Translations under genes and position numbers: made by a program
Notes under the pieces: generated by a model
Seen by the model: only the letters and a program-made list of their open reading frames with translations
Database searches by the model: none
What the model was told of the DNA's origin: nothing
Part shown: in pieces, positions 1 to 12,692 of the stretch
How positions within the stretch are numbered: the first letter of the stretch is position 1
Layout: each line of letters begins with the position of its first letter
Assembly (NCBI GenBank): GCA_964016885.1
Contig: OZ024743.1
Location: forward strand, 335,110,001 to 335,174,000
Reading direction: 5' to 3'
Origin: Eledone cirrhosa
Taxonomy: Eukaryota
Length of the DNA: 64,000 bases

Positions 1-832
1 ATAATTACATGCATATATGTATTTATTTTCTTTTATTAATTGAGTTCTTTACACGAGGAATTAATATTGGTTTTGAAATAACTAATTAACCCGCGTGTGT
101 TTTATATTTTACTCTTAATAATTCGGCCGGAGAATTATATTCCTATTTGCCCTTTATAGCATAACTTTCTGCATTTACTGCGGTTATGAGAAGCGGTTCT
201 TATTCGGTTACAACTTCTGATTTAGCCTAAGAAAATATCTATATGCGTGTGTAATTTATACAAGCATATATTTATTTTTTTATTTTCAATTGAGTTCTTA
301 AACATGTTGGATTGATAATTTTTTCAAAAAAACTAATTAACCCGCGTGTATATTATTATTTTTTTCCTCTTTTCGTGGATCGTGGGTTGTCTCCCCTTCC
401 CGCTTCGTGTCGCTATGATACTTCCTCAGTCAAAAACTGCTGGAATTTCAAATTTGGCAGTCATTCAAGGTGAGAGAGAGAACAACTTTACGGACATGAT
501 TTTTGACAGCGGTAAGAAATTGTTTTCTTATATCAATGTTTAATGGGCTTCCACTGATGATTTATAAGTGCCCACCTAAATATATTCTTACATGAATATA
601 TATTTGGCTTCTACATAAACTGGAAACATTCTCCCAAACTTGTAGAAAACTTATAATGAAACAATTGTTTGGAAAGAGAGATATACTTTAACTTTAATTA
701 TATCTCATTAAATAATACAACTGGTTTTTCCACATTATACATATTGTTAGCACCCCAAACACTTAAATTGGGTTTATATTTTAATATAACTTAATGTCAG
801 AGTTTAGCTTTAAACTATCTCTGTTATTGTAT

Positions 833-893
<61 letters not shown>

Positions 894-1031
894 ATATATA
901 TGTATATATTTATATATAATATATATACATACATATATATACATATATAATATATATGTACTTATAACTTTGATAACTTTGATAGGTTTCGGCCAGTATT
1001 AGCCCGGGCTGTGTCTAACTTAATAGCACCA

Positions 1032-1172
<141 letters not shown>

Positions 1173-1174
1173 TT

Positions 1175-1222
<48 letters not shown>

Positions 1223-1315
1223 ATAGATGTATAATATATATATATATAATATATGTATATATATTATATATACACATATATAAGAATTATATATATATAT
1301 ATATTATCTATCTAT

Positions 1316-1660
1316 CTAGGGCTGGTAAAATTCCGGAGATCCATGGACGAGTTCTCTCCAGCGGTCTCTATCCTTCATTATCGCTGCCATGTCCTGCGTC
1401 TCCAACAGACTAGTGTCTGTCCTTAGGGCATCAACATACCTTAACCTTGGTTTTCCTCTTCCAGTGTGTCCATGTAGTAGCTCCCACAGGAGCACTGAGT
1501 GCAATGTCAACCCTGGATGGAAACTCTGCTTCGTAGAATCGAGACATATCTGAGGATATTGCGATTTAGAGTGAGGTTTGATCATTGCATCGATCGTGCC
1601 TCGAGCTTGTCACCAGGGAAACTATTGTAATATGTCTAATAAATCTTAGTCGTCGCACCA
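1316..1660 (-). mobile_element. RTE-clade LINE, 3' terminal fragment
   Basis: ORF 1316-1585 ends LLWE..HG..GRGKPRLRYVD.L..D...MKDRDRWRELV, the typical RTE ORF C-terminus (GRP..W.D / DR..WR..V). Its 3' end abuts a (TA/TAGA) tract. Confidence 0.6.
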
Positions 1661-1661
1661 C

Positions 1662-2298
1662 TGAAATAGCGATATATATATATGAATGTATATATTGTGT
1701 ATTTGGTAATACATTATATGCTTAATTAAAAGCATTTTAAAGACCTTACACTATTGTTTTAAAGTAGTGACAATGTCACTTCAATTGTCAGCAAACAGGG
1801 GAGATAAGCTGACAGAGGTCTATTTCGTACTTGTTTGTACTTATCAAACTTACCACTACTCCTGTTTGCTGAAAATTATGAATGTTGGATTCTTATAGAA
1901 ATTCCAGGTTTTCAAAATGCTTTTAATTAAGCATACAGTGTATTGCAAAATATACTATATATACATTCATATATATATCGCTATTTCAGAGCACCAATTC
2001 TAATTTTCAATTATTGCTGGACCGAAAACCGTTCTGTACAATCAGTTCCTGATTATTACTGGAATTCTATAAGAATCCAACATTCATAATTTTCAGCAAA
2101 CAGGAGGAGTGGTAAGCTTTGATAAATACCAACAAGTACGAAACAGACCTCTCTCAGCTTATTTCCCTTCTTTACTAAAAATTGAAGTGAGTGACATAGT
2201 CACTACTTTAAAACAATAGCGTAAGGTCTTCATAATGCTATTAATTAAGCATACAGTGTATTGAAAAACATATCGCTATTTCAGAGCACAATTCTAAT
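1662..2298. mobile_element. Non-autonomous PLE-like element (inverted plus partial tandem arms) with U3-A8 hammerhead
   Basis: 1662-1907 is the reverse complement of about 2058-2285, and 1910-1995 is a further partial + copy. HHR motifs lie at 1805-1851(-) and 2113-2161(+). The element ends in (TA)n. Confidence 0.65.
2113..2161 (+). ncRNA. Type I hammerhead ribozyme, U3-A8 core variant (degenerate; partner copy 1805-1851 on -)
   Basis: Two-copy consensus: taagct-TTGATAA-gtac aaacaa gtac-GAAA-cag acct ctg-TC-agctta. All three stems pair in the consensus, and each individual copy carries a few lesions. Confidence 0.65.
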
Positions 2299-2299
2299 A

Positions 2300-2343
<44 letters not shown>

Positions 2344-2477
2344 ATTTATATATGTATATATATATATGTATTATATATATATCTACTATATATATATTCG
2401 GTATACAACACAATCGGTACAGTACATCGAAGGCATATATTAGGTTAACGCTTGATATATCAGGAAAATATATATAT

Positions 2478-2663
2478 AATTGTTTCTTCTTTTGGCACAA
2501 GGCCAGCAATTACCAGTGCATTACTGGTACTTTATTTCATCGACTCCGTAAGGATGAAAGGCAGAGTTCGTCTCGGTGAGATTTGAACTCAGAATGGCAA
2601 GGGCTGTAACTCTATGCGCCAAGGCATGGCGTTCGACCCTCTACCGATACTGCCAATCCACCG
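2478..2663 (-). mobile_element. tRNA-derived SINE (Meta/MESC-core-like)
   Basis: Same family as 8886-9072: A/B-box-like head (tggcagtatcggtag...gagttcaaatc) and core ctttgcctttcatcctt.cggggtcgataaa.taaagtaccag. Confidence 0.8.
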
Positions 2664-2713
2664 AATATATATATATACAATACATATATATTATATATGT
2701 ATATATATATATA

Positions 2714-2752
<39 letters not shown>

Positions 2753-2789
2753 ATATATATATATATAATATAATATATATATATATATA

Positions 2790-2908
<119 letters not shown>

Positions 2909-2963
2909 ATATAATATATATATATATATATAATATAATATATATATATAATATAATATAATA

Positions 2964-2995
<32 letters not shown>

Positions 2996-3002
2996 ATATA
3001 TA

Positions 3003-3885
3003 CATTAGTTAAGCAAAACAAGACCAGAAATTTCACAGGGAAGACATTATTCAAAGATTGCCAAGATATTTTAGTTTGATGTAAGGAATGTAGGGAATAA
3101 TAATAATAATATTAATAATAACAATGTCCGTTTACAATTGTTTCGCTACTCCAAATAATGTTTCTGGATCAGATGACTATATATCATAATTGATCTGGTT
3201 CAGTTGAAAATAATTAACATATTTATAAAACAGAGCGGCTCATTGGAACTTCAAAGAAATATAAATTAAAATAAGGAGAGAATGTTACATATATTGGTTT
3301 TTCACTATGGTGTCCTGGTTGCATCAGTTGTCAGCCATAATCCAGCAGTATTCATCTGTCGAGGCTGCATTGTGTGAGATCTGCCTATGGGTACCAAGAT
3401 GGCTGCCAAAGGACATATTTACCTTACTAATTAGAGGGTGGTTTCAGGGGAAGTAACTCCTCGAGAGATTAGAAATTGTGGGTAGTTTATAGTTAAGTGC
3501 TAATTTTTAAATTTTTTAATTGAGAGACAATGTAGGGGAGGTAACTTATAATTATCTAAGTTAGTCATAGCTATTTAACTTATTAGCTATTATTAATATT
3601 ATTATTATTATTCTCTACATTCCTTACATCAAACTAAAATATGTTGACAATCTTTTAATAATATCTTCCTTGTGAAATTTGTGGTCTTGTTTTGCCTAAC
3701 TAATGAATATTTACAGCTCTGCGCACCTAACTTCTGCATCAACCCAGCCACCTAGCTGCTTTCTACTGCATATTGCACATTGAGCACATTCCTTTACGCT
3801 TTGGCTTCTAACTAATTCACCAATCTCTCCTCTCATATCTCCTATCTCCATCTCTCTCTTTAAGATTGGTTACTCTTGAACTGTG
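3003..3885. mobile_element. PLE-like inverted non-autonomous element between (TA)n tracts
   Basis: 3003-3120 is an inverted copy of 3590-3706. A degenerate HHR-like motif lies on - at about 3128-3252 (GAAA-caattg-TA). Confidence 0.5.
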
Positions 3886-3932
<47 letters not shown>

Positions 3933-3938
<6 letters not shown>

Positions 3939-4403
3939 TATCCACGGTATATTGTGGGGTCTAGTCTGCATGAAGAACTCAATGTAAACCGTATGTTGAA
4001 AATGTTGTAGATTGAAATAAATCCTGGAAAACAATGATATATGTTAAAACAACAAAATAAACAATGAAGTCGTTAGAAATATACTTCACTGCTTTACGAT
4101 CGTTTCTAGGTCATGATAATACATCGTAACTATACCTCGTTATCGATCTATGTAACGTTTTTTATAAAATATCAAATAAAGAGAATATTTACTTACATGC
4201 ATATCACCAGTTGTCGTCAAAAGCTGTTGACAACAGCTGGTGATATGCATGTAAGTAAATATTCTCCTTATTTGATATTTTTGTAACTAAACTTACATAG
4301 ATCGATAACGAGGTATAGTTAAGATGTATTATCATCACCTAGAAACGATCGTAAAGCAGTTAAGTATATTTCTAGTGACTTGATTTATTATTTTATTGTT
4401 TTA

Positions 4404-4405
<2 letters not shown>
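3933..4405. mobile_element. Palindromic non-autonomous PLE-like element, relative of the long-stem-II HHR family
   Basis: About 360-bp palindrome 4043-4405 centred near 4222. The - arm continues into the tail cattgagttcttcat, also seen at 34079 and 51358. GAAA-cgatcg-TA occurs on both arms. Confidence 0.7.
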
Positions 4406-4496
<91 letters not shown>

Positions 4497-5219
4497 AAGA
4501 AGAAATTAAAAGATGGTTAATAAAGTTTAATTTCTTCTTGTATATAATCCAGTCCAATATCTGTTGAGTGCTACTTATCCGATATTTGCATTGCTTTATT
4601 GTGGTACAATAAAACTCACCTCCTACATATATATATAACGGCGAAGAATTAGTTTTGCGAGGTTTTTTATATGAAATCGTTTGTCGAAACAAATATTGTT
4701 ATACTTGGAGAGGGTCATATTTGTGTAATATTGCCAGAATTAATAACAAAACACACTCACTGTTTGGTTGGTTTTCGCTTTTCGCTTCTGTGTCTTTTAT
4801 ATCGGTAGTCTAATTTATTCGGTCCTCAATGTTGCCATTGACTGACCAACGGTAAAAAATAATACAGATACAATATAGACACAAACACATATATATAGTT
4901 AGTTTATCAAAGTTCTTTCGTTGCACATCTGCAACATCGTCAGTGGTGCTATAGATTCCTCCCGTTGCATTGTATTTCTACGCCATCTTTATTTAGTCTG
5001 TTTATATATTTATTTATTTATTTGTTTGTTTGTTTATATTATTTTGTCTTCTATGCGCATGCGTTTGCGTGTGTGTATAGTGTTTTGTTTGATGTGTGTT
5101 CGTGATTGGGTGACTGTGTATTGGTTAATGTATACTATATTTACTAGTGTGTGTTTATATGTATTTGTTGTTATTGTGCTTGTGTATGTATTTATTTATT
5201 TATCTATTTATTTATTTGT

Positions 5220-6514
5220 TTATACCTCTCTTAGGTCAGTGTTGTTTGTTTGGATGTTGTTGCTATTCCATTCATTCTTTCTGTTTAGTCTTGGCCTTCT
5301 AAGTTCTATTTCACCGGCCTCTCTGATTTGCCTATCTGCTGGGTCATTTCTATGTTTAGATATTATTCTAATTTCTATGTTGTCTATGTTACCGTCGTGT
5401 TGTTGTCTGGCATGTTCGTATAGTACTGAACCGTTTTTTCGTCCTTTTAGTTCCCCCCAGTGTTGGTCTATCCTTTCAACTATGCTACGAACTCTCTGTA
5501 TGTTGTTGTCATGTTTCTGAAAGTACCCTCTGTACATATTATGCTATAGACTACGTTTCTAGTTTTACAGTTTATCTGGGGGTTACCTTACATATGATAC
5601 ATTTCCTATTAGTACAGTGGGTTTTCTTAAAAGGGTAGGTTTTGCTGATCAGAGATTTTATGGTGGTTCCTGGCTTTTCTGCCACCTTAATCTTTAAGTG
5701 GGTCGTTCTGAGGGCCTTTCTACACTGGTTAGCTAATTTCGCTCCAGGGGTAGCATCCACAAACATGACACTCTGGTATCTCTGGTTGTCGTACCATGAG
5801 GTGGCTTTCCCTATCTTATGTCTAGCCCTATCTAAGCTATTCCAGGATTTGCTCCTGTATAATGGGCAAATTCCTTTCATGTCCAGTTCTATGAGGGTCT
5901 TATACTTCTCCATGGCTCCTTCGTATACTCTGACTCTGTCTCTTTGGTTGTAGCCAGAGAACTGCATGCGGTTGATGAAGTGTTGGATGTGTGTTTCCAT
6001 TTCTGTTGGGTCGTACATGCGGTGCACATTCTTCATCACTCGTACCAAATCTACGATCAGAATATTAAACTTAGCACTACTGGACATTGCTGAGCTTTTG
6101 AGTATCAGGTATTTGGAGGCGATGGGTTTAGCATAGTGTGAGTGGAGAATTTGGGCTCTCTCGTCTATAGTGTTAATCCAGAGTTCCGTGTCTAATACAG
6201 GTAGTCTATTGTTAGGGTGTTTGAAAGGGTAGTCGATAGTTACAGTTATACTCTGGTGTATGGAATTAGCTATCTGCTGGATGCTTTCCATTGTGCTACG
6301 TTCTAAATCAAACTTGTTAGTGCTCTCTAGTAGGGATGTTCTATATTGATATCGTCTACGTAACGAGAGTACTTGATGAGGTCTATGGAGCTCTCATTAA
6401 GGATATCTTCAAGTCTCCTTTCCCACCATACCATAAAAAGATTGGCGACATCACCAGCTATGCTGACGCCAATGGCGGCTCCCTTATTTTGGGTGTAGAC
6501 CTTATCGTTGAACT
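5220..6514 (-). pseudogene. PLE reverse transcriptase C-terminus + GIY-YIG endonuclease (frameshifted)
   Basis: ORFs 6327-6584, 5572-6291 and 5220-5537 are colinear with 30297-32182. Confidence 0.88.
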
Positions 6515-6883
6515 GTAAAACTAGAAACGTAGTCCATAGCATAAGATGTACAGATGGTACTTGCAGAAACATGGCAAACAACATACATAGGTGAGACAGC
6601 TCGTAGCATAGGTGAAAGGATAGACCAACACTGGGGGGAACTAAAAGGACGAAAAAACGGTTCAGTACTATACGAACATGCCAGACAACAACACAGTGGT
6701 AACATAGACAACATAGAAATTAGAATAATATCTAAACATAGAAATGACCCAGCAGATAGGCAAATCAGAGAGGCCAGTGAAATAGAACTTAGAAGGCCAA
6801 GACTAAACAGAAAGAATGAATGGAATAACAACAACACCCAAACAAACAACACTGACCTAAGAGAAGTACAAATAAATAAATAA
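6511..6883 (+). pseudogene. PLE GIY-YIG endonuclease fragment
   Basis: TYIGETARSIGERIDQH...RQIREASEI..RPRLNR: YIG motif plus the conserved R, H, E and N positions. Confidence 0.85.
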
Positions 6884-7149
6884 ATAGATAAATAAATAAA
6901 TAAATAAATAAATACATACACAAGCACAATAACAACAAACACATATAAACACACACTAGTAAACATAGAATACATTAACCAATACACAGTCACCCAATCA
7001 CGAACACACATCAAACAAAACACTATACACACACGCAAACGCATGCGCATAGAAGACAAAATAAAATAAACAAACAAACAAATAAATAAATAAATATATA
7101 AACAGACTAAATAAAGATGGCGTAGAAATACAATGCAACGGGAGGAATC

Positions 7150-7210
7150 TATAGCACCACTGACGATGTTGCAGATGTGCAACGAAAGAACTTTGATAAA
7201 CTAACTATAT
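7150..7210 (+). ncRNA. Minimal type I hammerhead in PLE 3'UTR (mirror copy about 4895-4952 on -; mutated copy 32457-32512)
   Basis: acca-CTGACGA-t-gttgca gatg tgcaac-GAAA-gaac-TT-tgat. Stem II is a perfect 6 bp, stems I and III are weak. The 32.5 kb copy has GACA for GAAA. Confidence 0.6.
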
Positions 7211-7406
7211 ATATGTGCTTGTGTCTATATTGTATCTGTATTACTTTTGACCGTTGGTCAGTCAATGGCAACATTGAGGACTGAATAAATTAGACTACCG
7301 ATATAAAAGACACAGAAGCGAAAAGCGGAAACCAACCAAACAGTGAGTGTGTTATGTTATTAATTCTGGCAATACTACACAAATATGACCCCCCCCCATA
7401 TAACAA

Positions 7407-7438
<32 letters not shown>

Positions 7439-7618
7439 GGAAAAGTATGACCCCGGCGGCAGAGCTCCAGCCGTTTCGACGGCTATTTTTGGACGTCTGA
7501 ACGGCTTGAGCTCTGCCGTCGAGGTCATACTTTTTCCTATTACCCACTCTACTACCCTAAGTATTGAGTACTCCTGTGCGTTATGGTCCATCTGGTTCCT
7601 TACCACAATTCCTTCGTT
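7439..7618. mobile_element. Short inverted PLE-like 3' fragment carrying the 3' half of an HHR (family also at 51798-51932 and 61479-61722)
   Basis: Shared sequence gtcGAAAcggct tgagctc agctgTCggggtc...ttccttcgtt ending in (TA)n, with an inverted short arm. Confidence 0.65.
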
Positions 7619-7928
7619 ATATATATATAAATATATATATATACATGTGTGTGTATTTATATATGTACCATTATATATACACACATATCTATAAATCTTA
7701 ATCTGTTTAGATTTATACACGCTTATATATACACGTGTGTATAACATAAACAACAAAAACAAAACACACTCGTATTTAACTACACGCAACCACTAAAACT
7801 CTTTCGCACTGAATCAAACACATTTCTCCTCTTTTCTGTCATCAATGATTAGCTGATTAATGAGTTTTTCTTCCCCAAAACTTTTATATATGTCTCTCAC
7901 ACCTACGGCTTCTCTGTCTGCCAGCTTC

Positions 7929-7964
<36 letters not shown>

Positions 7965-8885
7965 CATTCCCTCTCTTTCCTTCTCTCATACATGTACATT
8001 TAAACATGCATTTTTAAAATTCAATTGAATTACCTTCTATTGAATTATATTTCAGCCTGCTTTTGCAGACGGACTCCTGTCTCGAATGTATAAAATATAT
8101 TAAGGTATTAGAAAACAGATGGTGCCATGATAAATTATATAGTACCAGGCATTTGTAGAATTAAGATAAGTGCTTCAGAAGATTTTGCCTCCTCTCTGTA
8201 AATTTTGAGTTCAAAATTTGTCAACGTCACCGTTTGCCGTTCCCCATTCCGTGTATGCGAAAACAGACACCAGATAAAACATTTTTTCCCCCTTTTCTCG
8301 AGTCCAGCTTAATGCCCCCCTTCCCGCACTTATTTTCTTCAGATTTTTTTCCAATGCCCCTGCTCTTATTCCACCACTTATTAAATTTTGCAATTCTATC
8401 TCTGGCAAAACTTTATTTTAAGTGGTAGCATTAATGCGACAATTAATTTTCTTTATACATTAAAAAATATTACACATGACAAAAAAAGGAGAAATGCCAT
8501 GCGTTATAAAATAAATAGGATGGTTTGGGGGTCTCAATATGTAAACTAAACAACTAATTCTAGTTTTTAAAAAATTTAACGACGAAAACCTAGAAAAATT
8601 ACCGATTTTCAAACCCCATCCCCACTTATTTCAACACCGCTATTATAAGTGAAAGGTATTTAATGAACGTGTGATACTTGGTTACTATAAACAATTGAAT
8701 ACCGTAGAAAAAAAAATATTGTAGTAAATTATAACTCGCAGTGTGATGATTTCAAACGCTGCTGTTGACTTCGTTGTTTCTTTTTTCATCTATCCAGCGT
8801 CGCTAAAATTGATACCAGTAAAGTACTGCCGACAAATAGATCCATTATATCACTTCTTGAGGAATATATCCGTCTTGAGCTCATT

Positions 8886-9072
8886 GGTGGATTGGCAGTA
8901 TCGGTAGAGAGTCGGACGCCATGCTTTCCAGCATAGTTATGTCCCTTTACGATCTGAGTTCAAATCCCGCCGAGGTTGACTTTGCCTTTCATCCTTACGG
9001 GGTCGATAAAATAAAAGTACCAGTAATGCACTGGGTAATTGCTGGCCTTGTGCCTAAAGTAGAAACACTTAT
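8886..9072 (+). mobile_element. tRNA-derived SINE (Meta/MESC-core-like), full length
   Basis: A box tggcagtatcgg, B box gagttcaaatccc, conserved core, and tail gctggccttgtgcctaaagtagaaac. Seven copies in the window. Confidence 0.85.
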
Positions 9073-10864
9073 TATCAATTCAAGACCAATACAGTTTGAA
9101 ATATTCTGTATCTTATATTCCCCTCCTCTATCTATATATTTTGTTTTTATTGAATCCGAATTATATAGGCGTTATTTGTGGTGTGAATTTTCTGGAATAA
9201 TTTATTTACACATTGAAAAATACTGTGAAGATAATACCAACAAATAGACATTTACATTAGCTTTATTCTATTAATACCTCCGTTCTAATTTAAGTGTTTT
9301 ATTCATGAAAATAAAATGTTCATATTTCCTTGTCAATAAGGTGTGTATTGTATCGCGTTAAAAGTTCTATGATTTGTAGGCGTCAAATACACCATACTCT
9401 TCCTTACACAATCTAAAATAGATAAAATAAAACAAGGTACAAACTGTTAAAAAGTGGAAAAAATAGGTTTACTTTAAAGAAGAAGATTTCATCGGAGATT
9501 AGTGTTTTATAACGGTACTGAAGATGAGACGTAGTTCGAGAGATTAGAGGGAAATAGACAAAATCGTGCCGTGTAACTTAAGGGCTGGTCGCAGGTGCAA
9601 GAGAACGGTCAAAGAGGGGAGATAACCAAACCCAAATCTAAAACTTTTATTTTATTAAAGAATGGACCAGTGTTGTCAGTATGGAGTAACTACTTTGCAG
9701 CTGCCGAAAAACCCTACAATTTAATGGTGTTCTTCTTGGTGAGAATATACATATTTCGGCTTTTTTTATAATAATTAAATATGTAATAATATCGATATAT
9801 GTTCTCGTAACTTCATAACATTCTTTGAAATTCCAAGAAAGAACAGTCTGAGGCGTGGAATATGGTAATCATTTTATAATGAAATATATATAGTACAGGT
9901 AATATATATAGTTTTATATATTAATCCTTTTGTTTACAAACAATTTCTTATTTCGTGTGTGCGTGTGAACACCCAAAATACTTATATGGACCTCAGTTGA
10001 GAACCACCGATCTAATTGAAAACATACAGAATTAAATTGTCACAATGATAATTGCTGCTTATGTGAAATAAAATTTCGCACCACTTACAGAAACATACAA
10101 CTCGATATACGAATGTATAGCGAATTACTCTTAGGTGTTATCCTTTCAGCAACACGTTTATGACGTGAGGCCACTTGAGATATAGCATTGACAAGAATAC
10201 GTCATTTAACTGCTTAATATTCTAAGAAACTAATGGACGCGGATTATGAAAAGTAGTTCCTTTGGATCATTTCTCTTTTACAATGCGAGCGTTTATTCAA
10301 TTAAACTGAGACTGGCTAAGCGTCATATTTAACTAATTTATGCTTCACACAAAGAAGCAGAGTTGAGTGAAAAACCTTAATTCCGAACTGCTGTAGCTGA
10401 AACATGTCATGACTTAAGTAAATGAAGAAAAAGCAGATTTAACAAAGGCTAAAAATGGTTTTCTTACACATAATTGGATTCAATGTAATAAGGAAGATAA
10501 AATAGATTAGTCAGCACTGTAGAAAAAATAATCAAACTAGAATTGTGAAACTTTGATGTAGAAGTCTATAGAATAGTAGACTAAACAACCTGATTGTTTG
10601 TAGATAAACTTTTATCATGCTTATTATAACAGGTTTCACTAAACGATCAATATGCCAAGTTGCAAAAATGAACCCTTTTATGTATAAATATATGTATAAA
10701 TGACATAACCAATGAAATGTTAGCTTTAAATTTGTATTCACACACATACAAACACCTCCACTCCCACACATATGTGTATGTATATGTGTGTATGTATAAG
10801 TGTGTGTGCATATTGTGTGTTTGTGTGTGTTTAAATCAGTGTACATATAAATGTGATTGAATGA

Positions 10865-11115
10865 GCTTGTATTAACAGTTTGTGACTTAATTCTGCATTA
10901 TTCAAAATGACTGAGACGTAAAAAGCACGTGTGGTCCTTTAGTGGTTGTCAATTTAAGTGGCGAAGCAGTTAAGAAAGATAAAGATGTTTACTTTAAAAC
11001 TCTTGGCTGCTTGGCCACTTAAGTCAACAGCCTCTGAAGGAGAAGACGTGCTTTTCCGTCTACGAAATTTTGAATAATGGGGAGTTAATATCATAAGCAG
11101 TTAATACAAATATTT
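10865..11115. repeat. Old diverged fold-back (MITE-like or PLE-like inversion)
   Basis: Nested inverted blocks, for example ttaagtggcgaagcag/ctgcttggccacttaa, ttattcaaaat/attttgaataa and ttgtattaac/gttaatacaa. Confidence 0.55.
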
Positions 11116-11229
11116 TTCATAAATGACACGTTTTCAGATGCTTCTATTTTGTTTGTATACACGTGTGCCTATGAAAACACACACCCACACGCACACACAC
11201 CCACACGCACACACACCCACACCCACACA

Positions 11230-11286
<57 letters not shown>

Positions 11287-11530
11287 GTATATAGGTGAAC
11301 GCGATAACGTTTTATATATATATATGATATACACAATTATATAAATATATGTATCTGTGTGTGTGGGTGTTTGTTTGTTTGTGTGTGTGTTGTTTAATAT
11401 TTACTAATTGGTAGCTTAATCACTTCAATCAGCATTGAGTAAATAAGAAAATCACTCAACGTCTCATGCATCATTCCAATTTTGATGTGGCATGTCTTGT
11501 GCAGTACACGACATAGCTTACATACAGTAA

Positions 11531-11718
11531 TAATTGTGTCTACTTTTGGCACAAGGCCAGCAATTATCTCAGTCCATTACTGGTACTTTATTTTATCGAC
11601 CCAGCAAGGATGAAAGGCAAAGTCAACCTCGGCGGGGTTTGAACTCAGACCATAAAGGGCCGTAACTCTTTGTTGCAAAGCATGATGTCCGATACTCTAC
11701 TAATACTGCCAATCCACT
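11531..11718 (-). mobile_element. tRNA-derived SINE (same family as 8886)
   Basis: Reverse-complement match over about 185 bp. Confidence 0.85.
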
Positions 11719-11904
11719 AATAAAATACGAAGGCTAGATTTCCATAACTTCTAAGTTAACGTAATTAACCGCAACTTGCATCTCTGTTGTGTCATTGCTA
11801 TGTCAGGACTTGCCCCATAGCATCCTGACTTAACGATGACAGATGGTTAGAAATGGGTTACATGACTAAAGACGTCTTCATACGTCTTTAGTCATGTAAC
11901 CCAG

Positions 11905-12164
11905 TCGGTTCCTCTAATAGTCAGATGGTTGTTTAGTTATTGACTGTCAAAACGCTTTTGTCACATACTTTGACCCACACCGTGACTACTTTTGTTGTTA
12001 TTTTGTGTCTCTCTTTTTATCTGTTTTTTCAGTATCTATTTTTTGTGAACTTGGGATGCCCCTGCGTTACATCCGTGCCTCTGTTTTTTTGTCTTTTTGT
12101 TTTACATTTATTTATTTATTTTCTCTCTTTCTTACTTGTCATTAGTTGGTTACTTGTTTTATCT

Positions 12165-12195
<31 letters not shown>

Positions 12196-12600
12196 CGCGC
12201 GTGTGTGTGTCTGGGGTTGGTAATCTCTGTATATAATTAGTTTTGTTCTCGTGTCTTTTTATGCCTTTATCTTGTCCTTAGTTACTACGTTTTGAGGTTT
12301 TTACTATTCCATTCGTGATTTCTATTTAGTTTTGGTCGAAGTTCATTAATGTTTGTCGTTTCAGTAATCTGTTGGAGCATCGCGTCTGTTCTATTTACAT
12401 GTAATTTTATCTCGATGTTTTTAGTGAGTTCCTTTGTTCTATTCTGGCACGATGATGGAGTACTGATGAGTTTTTCTCACGTCTTGGTGTTTTCGCCAGT
12501 GTTCCTCTGTGTTCAGTTGGCTTATACACTCCGTTTTTAGACTATTTGGTTTATTTGAATATTACGGCGAAGTTTACATTTCAATTTTCAAACTTCACTT
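11905..12600 (-). mobile_element. Degenerate PLE 3' end (GIY-YIG C-terminus + AC-rich 3'UTR)
   Basis: Hand translation of the - strand near 12300-12385 gives DAMLQQITETTNINELRPKLNRNHEWNS, homologous to DPADRQIREASEIELRRPRLNRKNEWNN of the young PLE. Confidence 0.65.
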
Positions 12601-12615
12601 TCTAAACATACTTTG

Positions 12616-12692
<77 letters not shown>

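Larger units (their letters stand above)
4693..7410. mobile_element. Penelope-like element, 5'-truncated, head-to-head inverted
   Basis: The - arm 6514->4693 encodes the RT C-terminal half (GAAIG, RYVDD), GIY-YIG and 3'UTR. The + arm 6511->7410 repeats GIY-YIG (YIGETARS..R..QH) and the 3'UTR. Close match to 31020-32706. Confidence 0.92.

Noticed and set aside
1-360. Diverged about 250-bp direct repeat sharing attgagttct with the 34 kb tail
   Set aside because: Cut by the window edge, and the shared word is too short to assign a family.
548-650. CTGATGA...GAAA candidate hammerhead
   Set aside because: A stem II hairpin exists but stems I and III do not pair convincingly.
4921-7182. Hydrophobic ORFs 4921-5520, 6502-7182 (and 32100-32489, 29381-29902)
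   Set aside because: Antisense readings of A/C-rich PLE sequence, not membrane proteins.
8886-8975. tRNA gene
   Set aside because: The A/B boxes belong to a multi-copy SINE head and no complete cloverleaf forms.
11030-11085. Hammerhead-like ctgaagg...cgaaa in the old fold-back
   Set aside because: Core mismatch and no valid NUH site.
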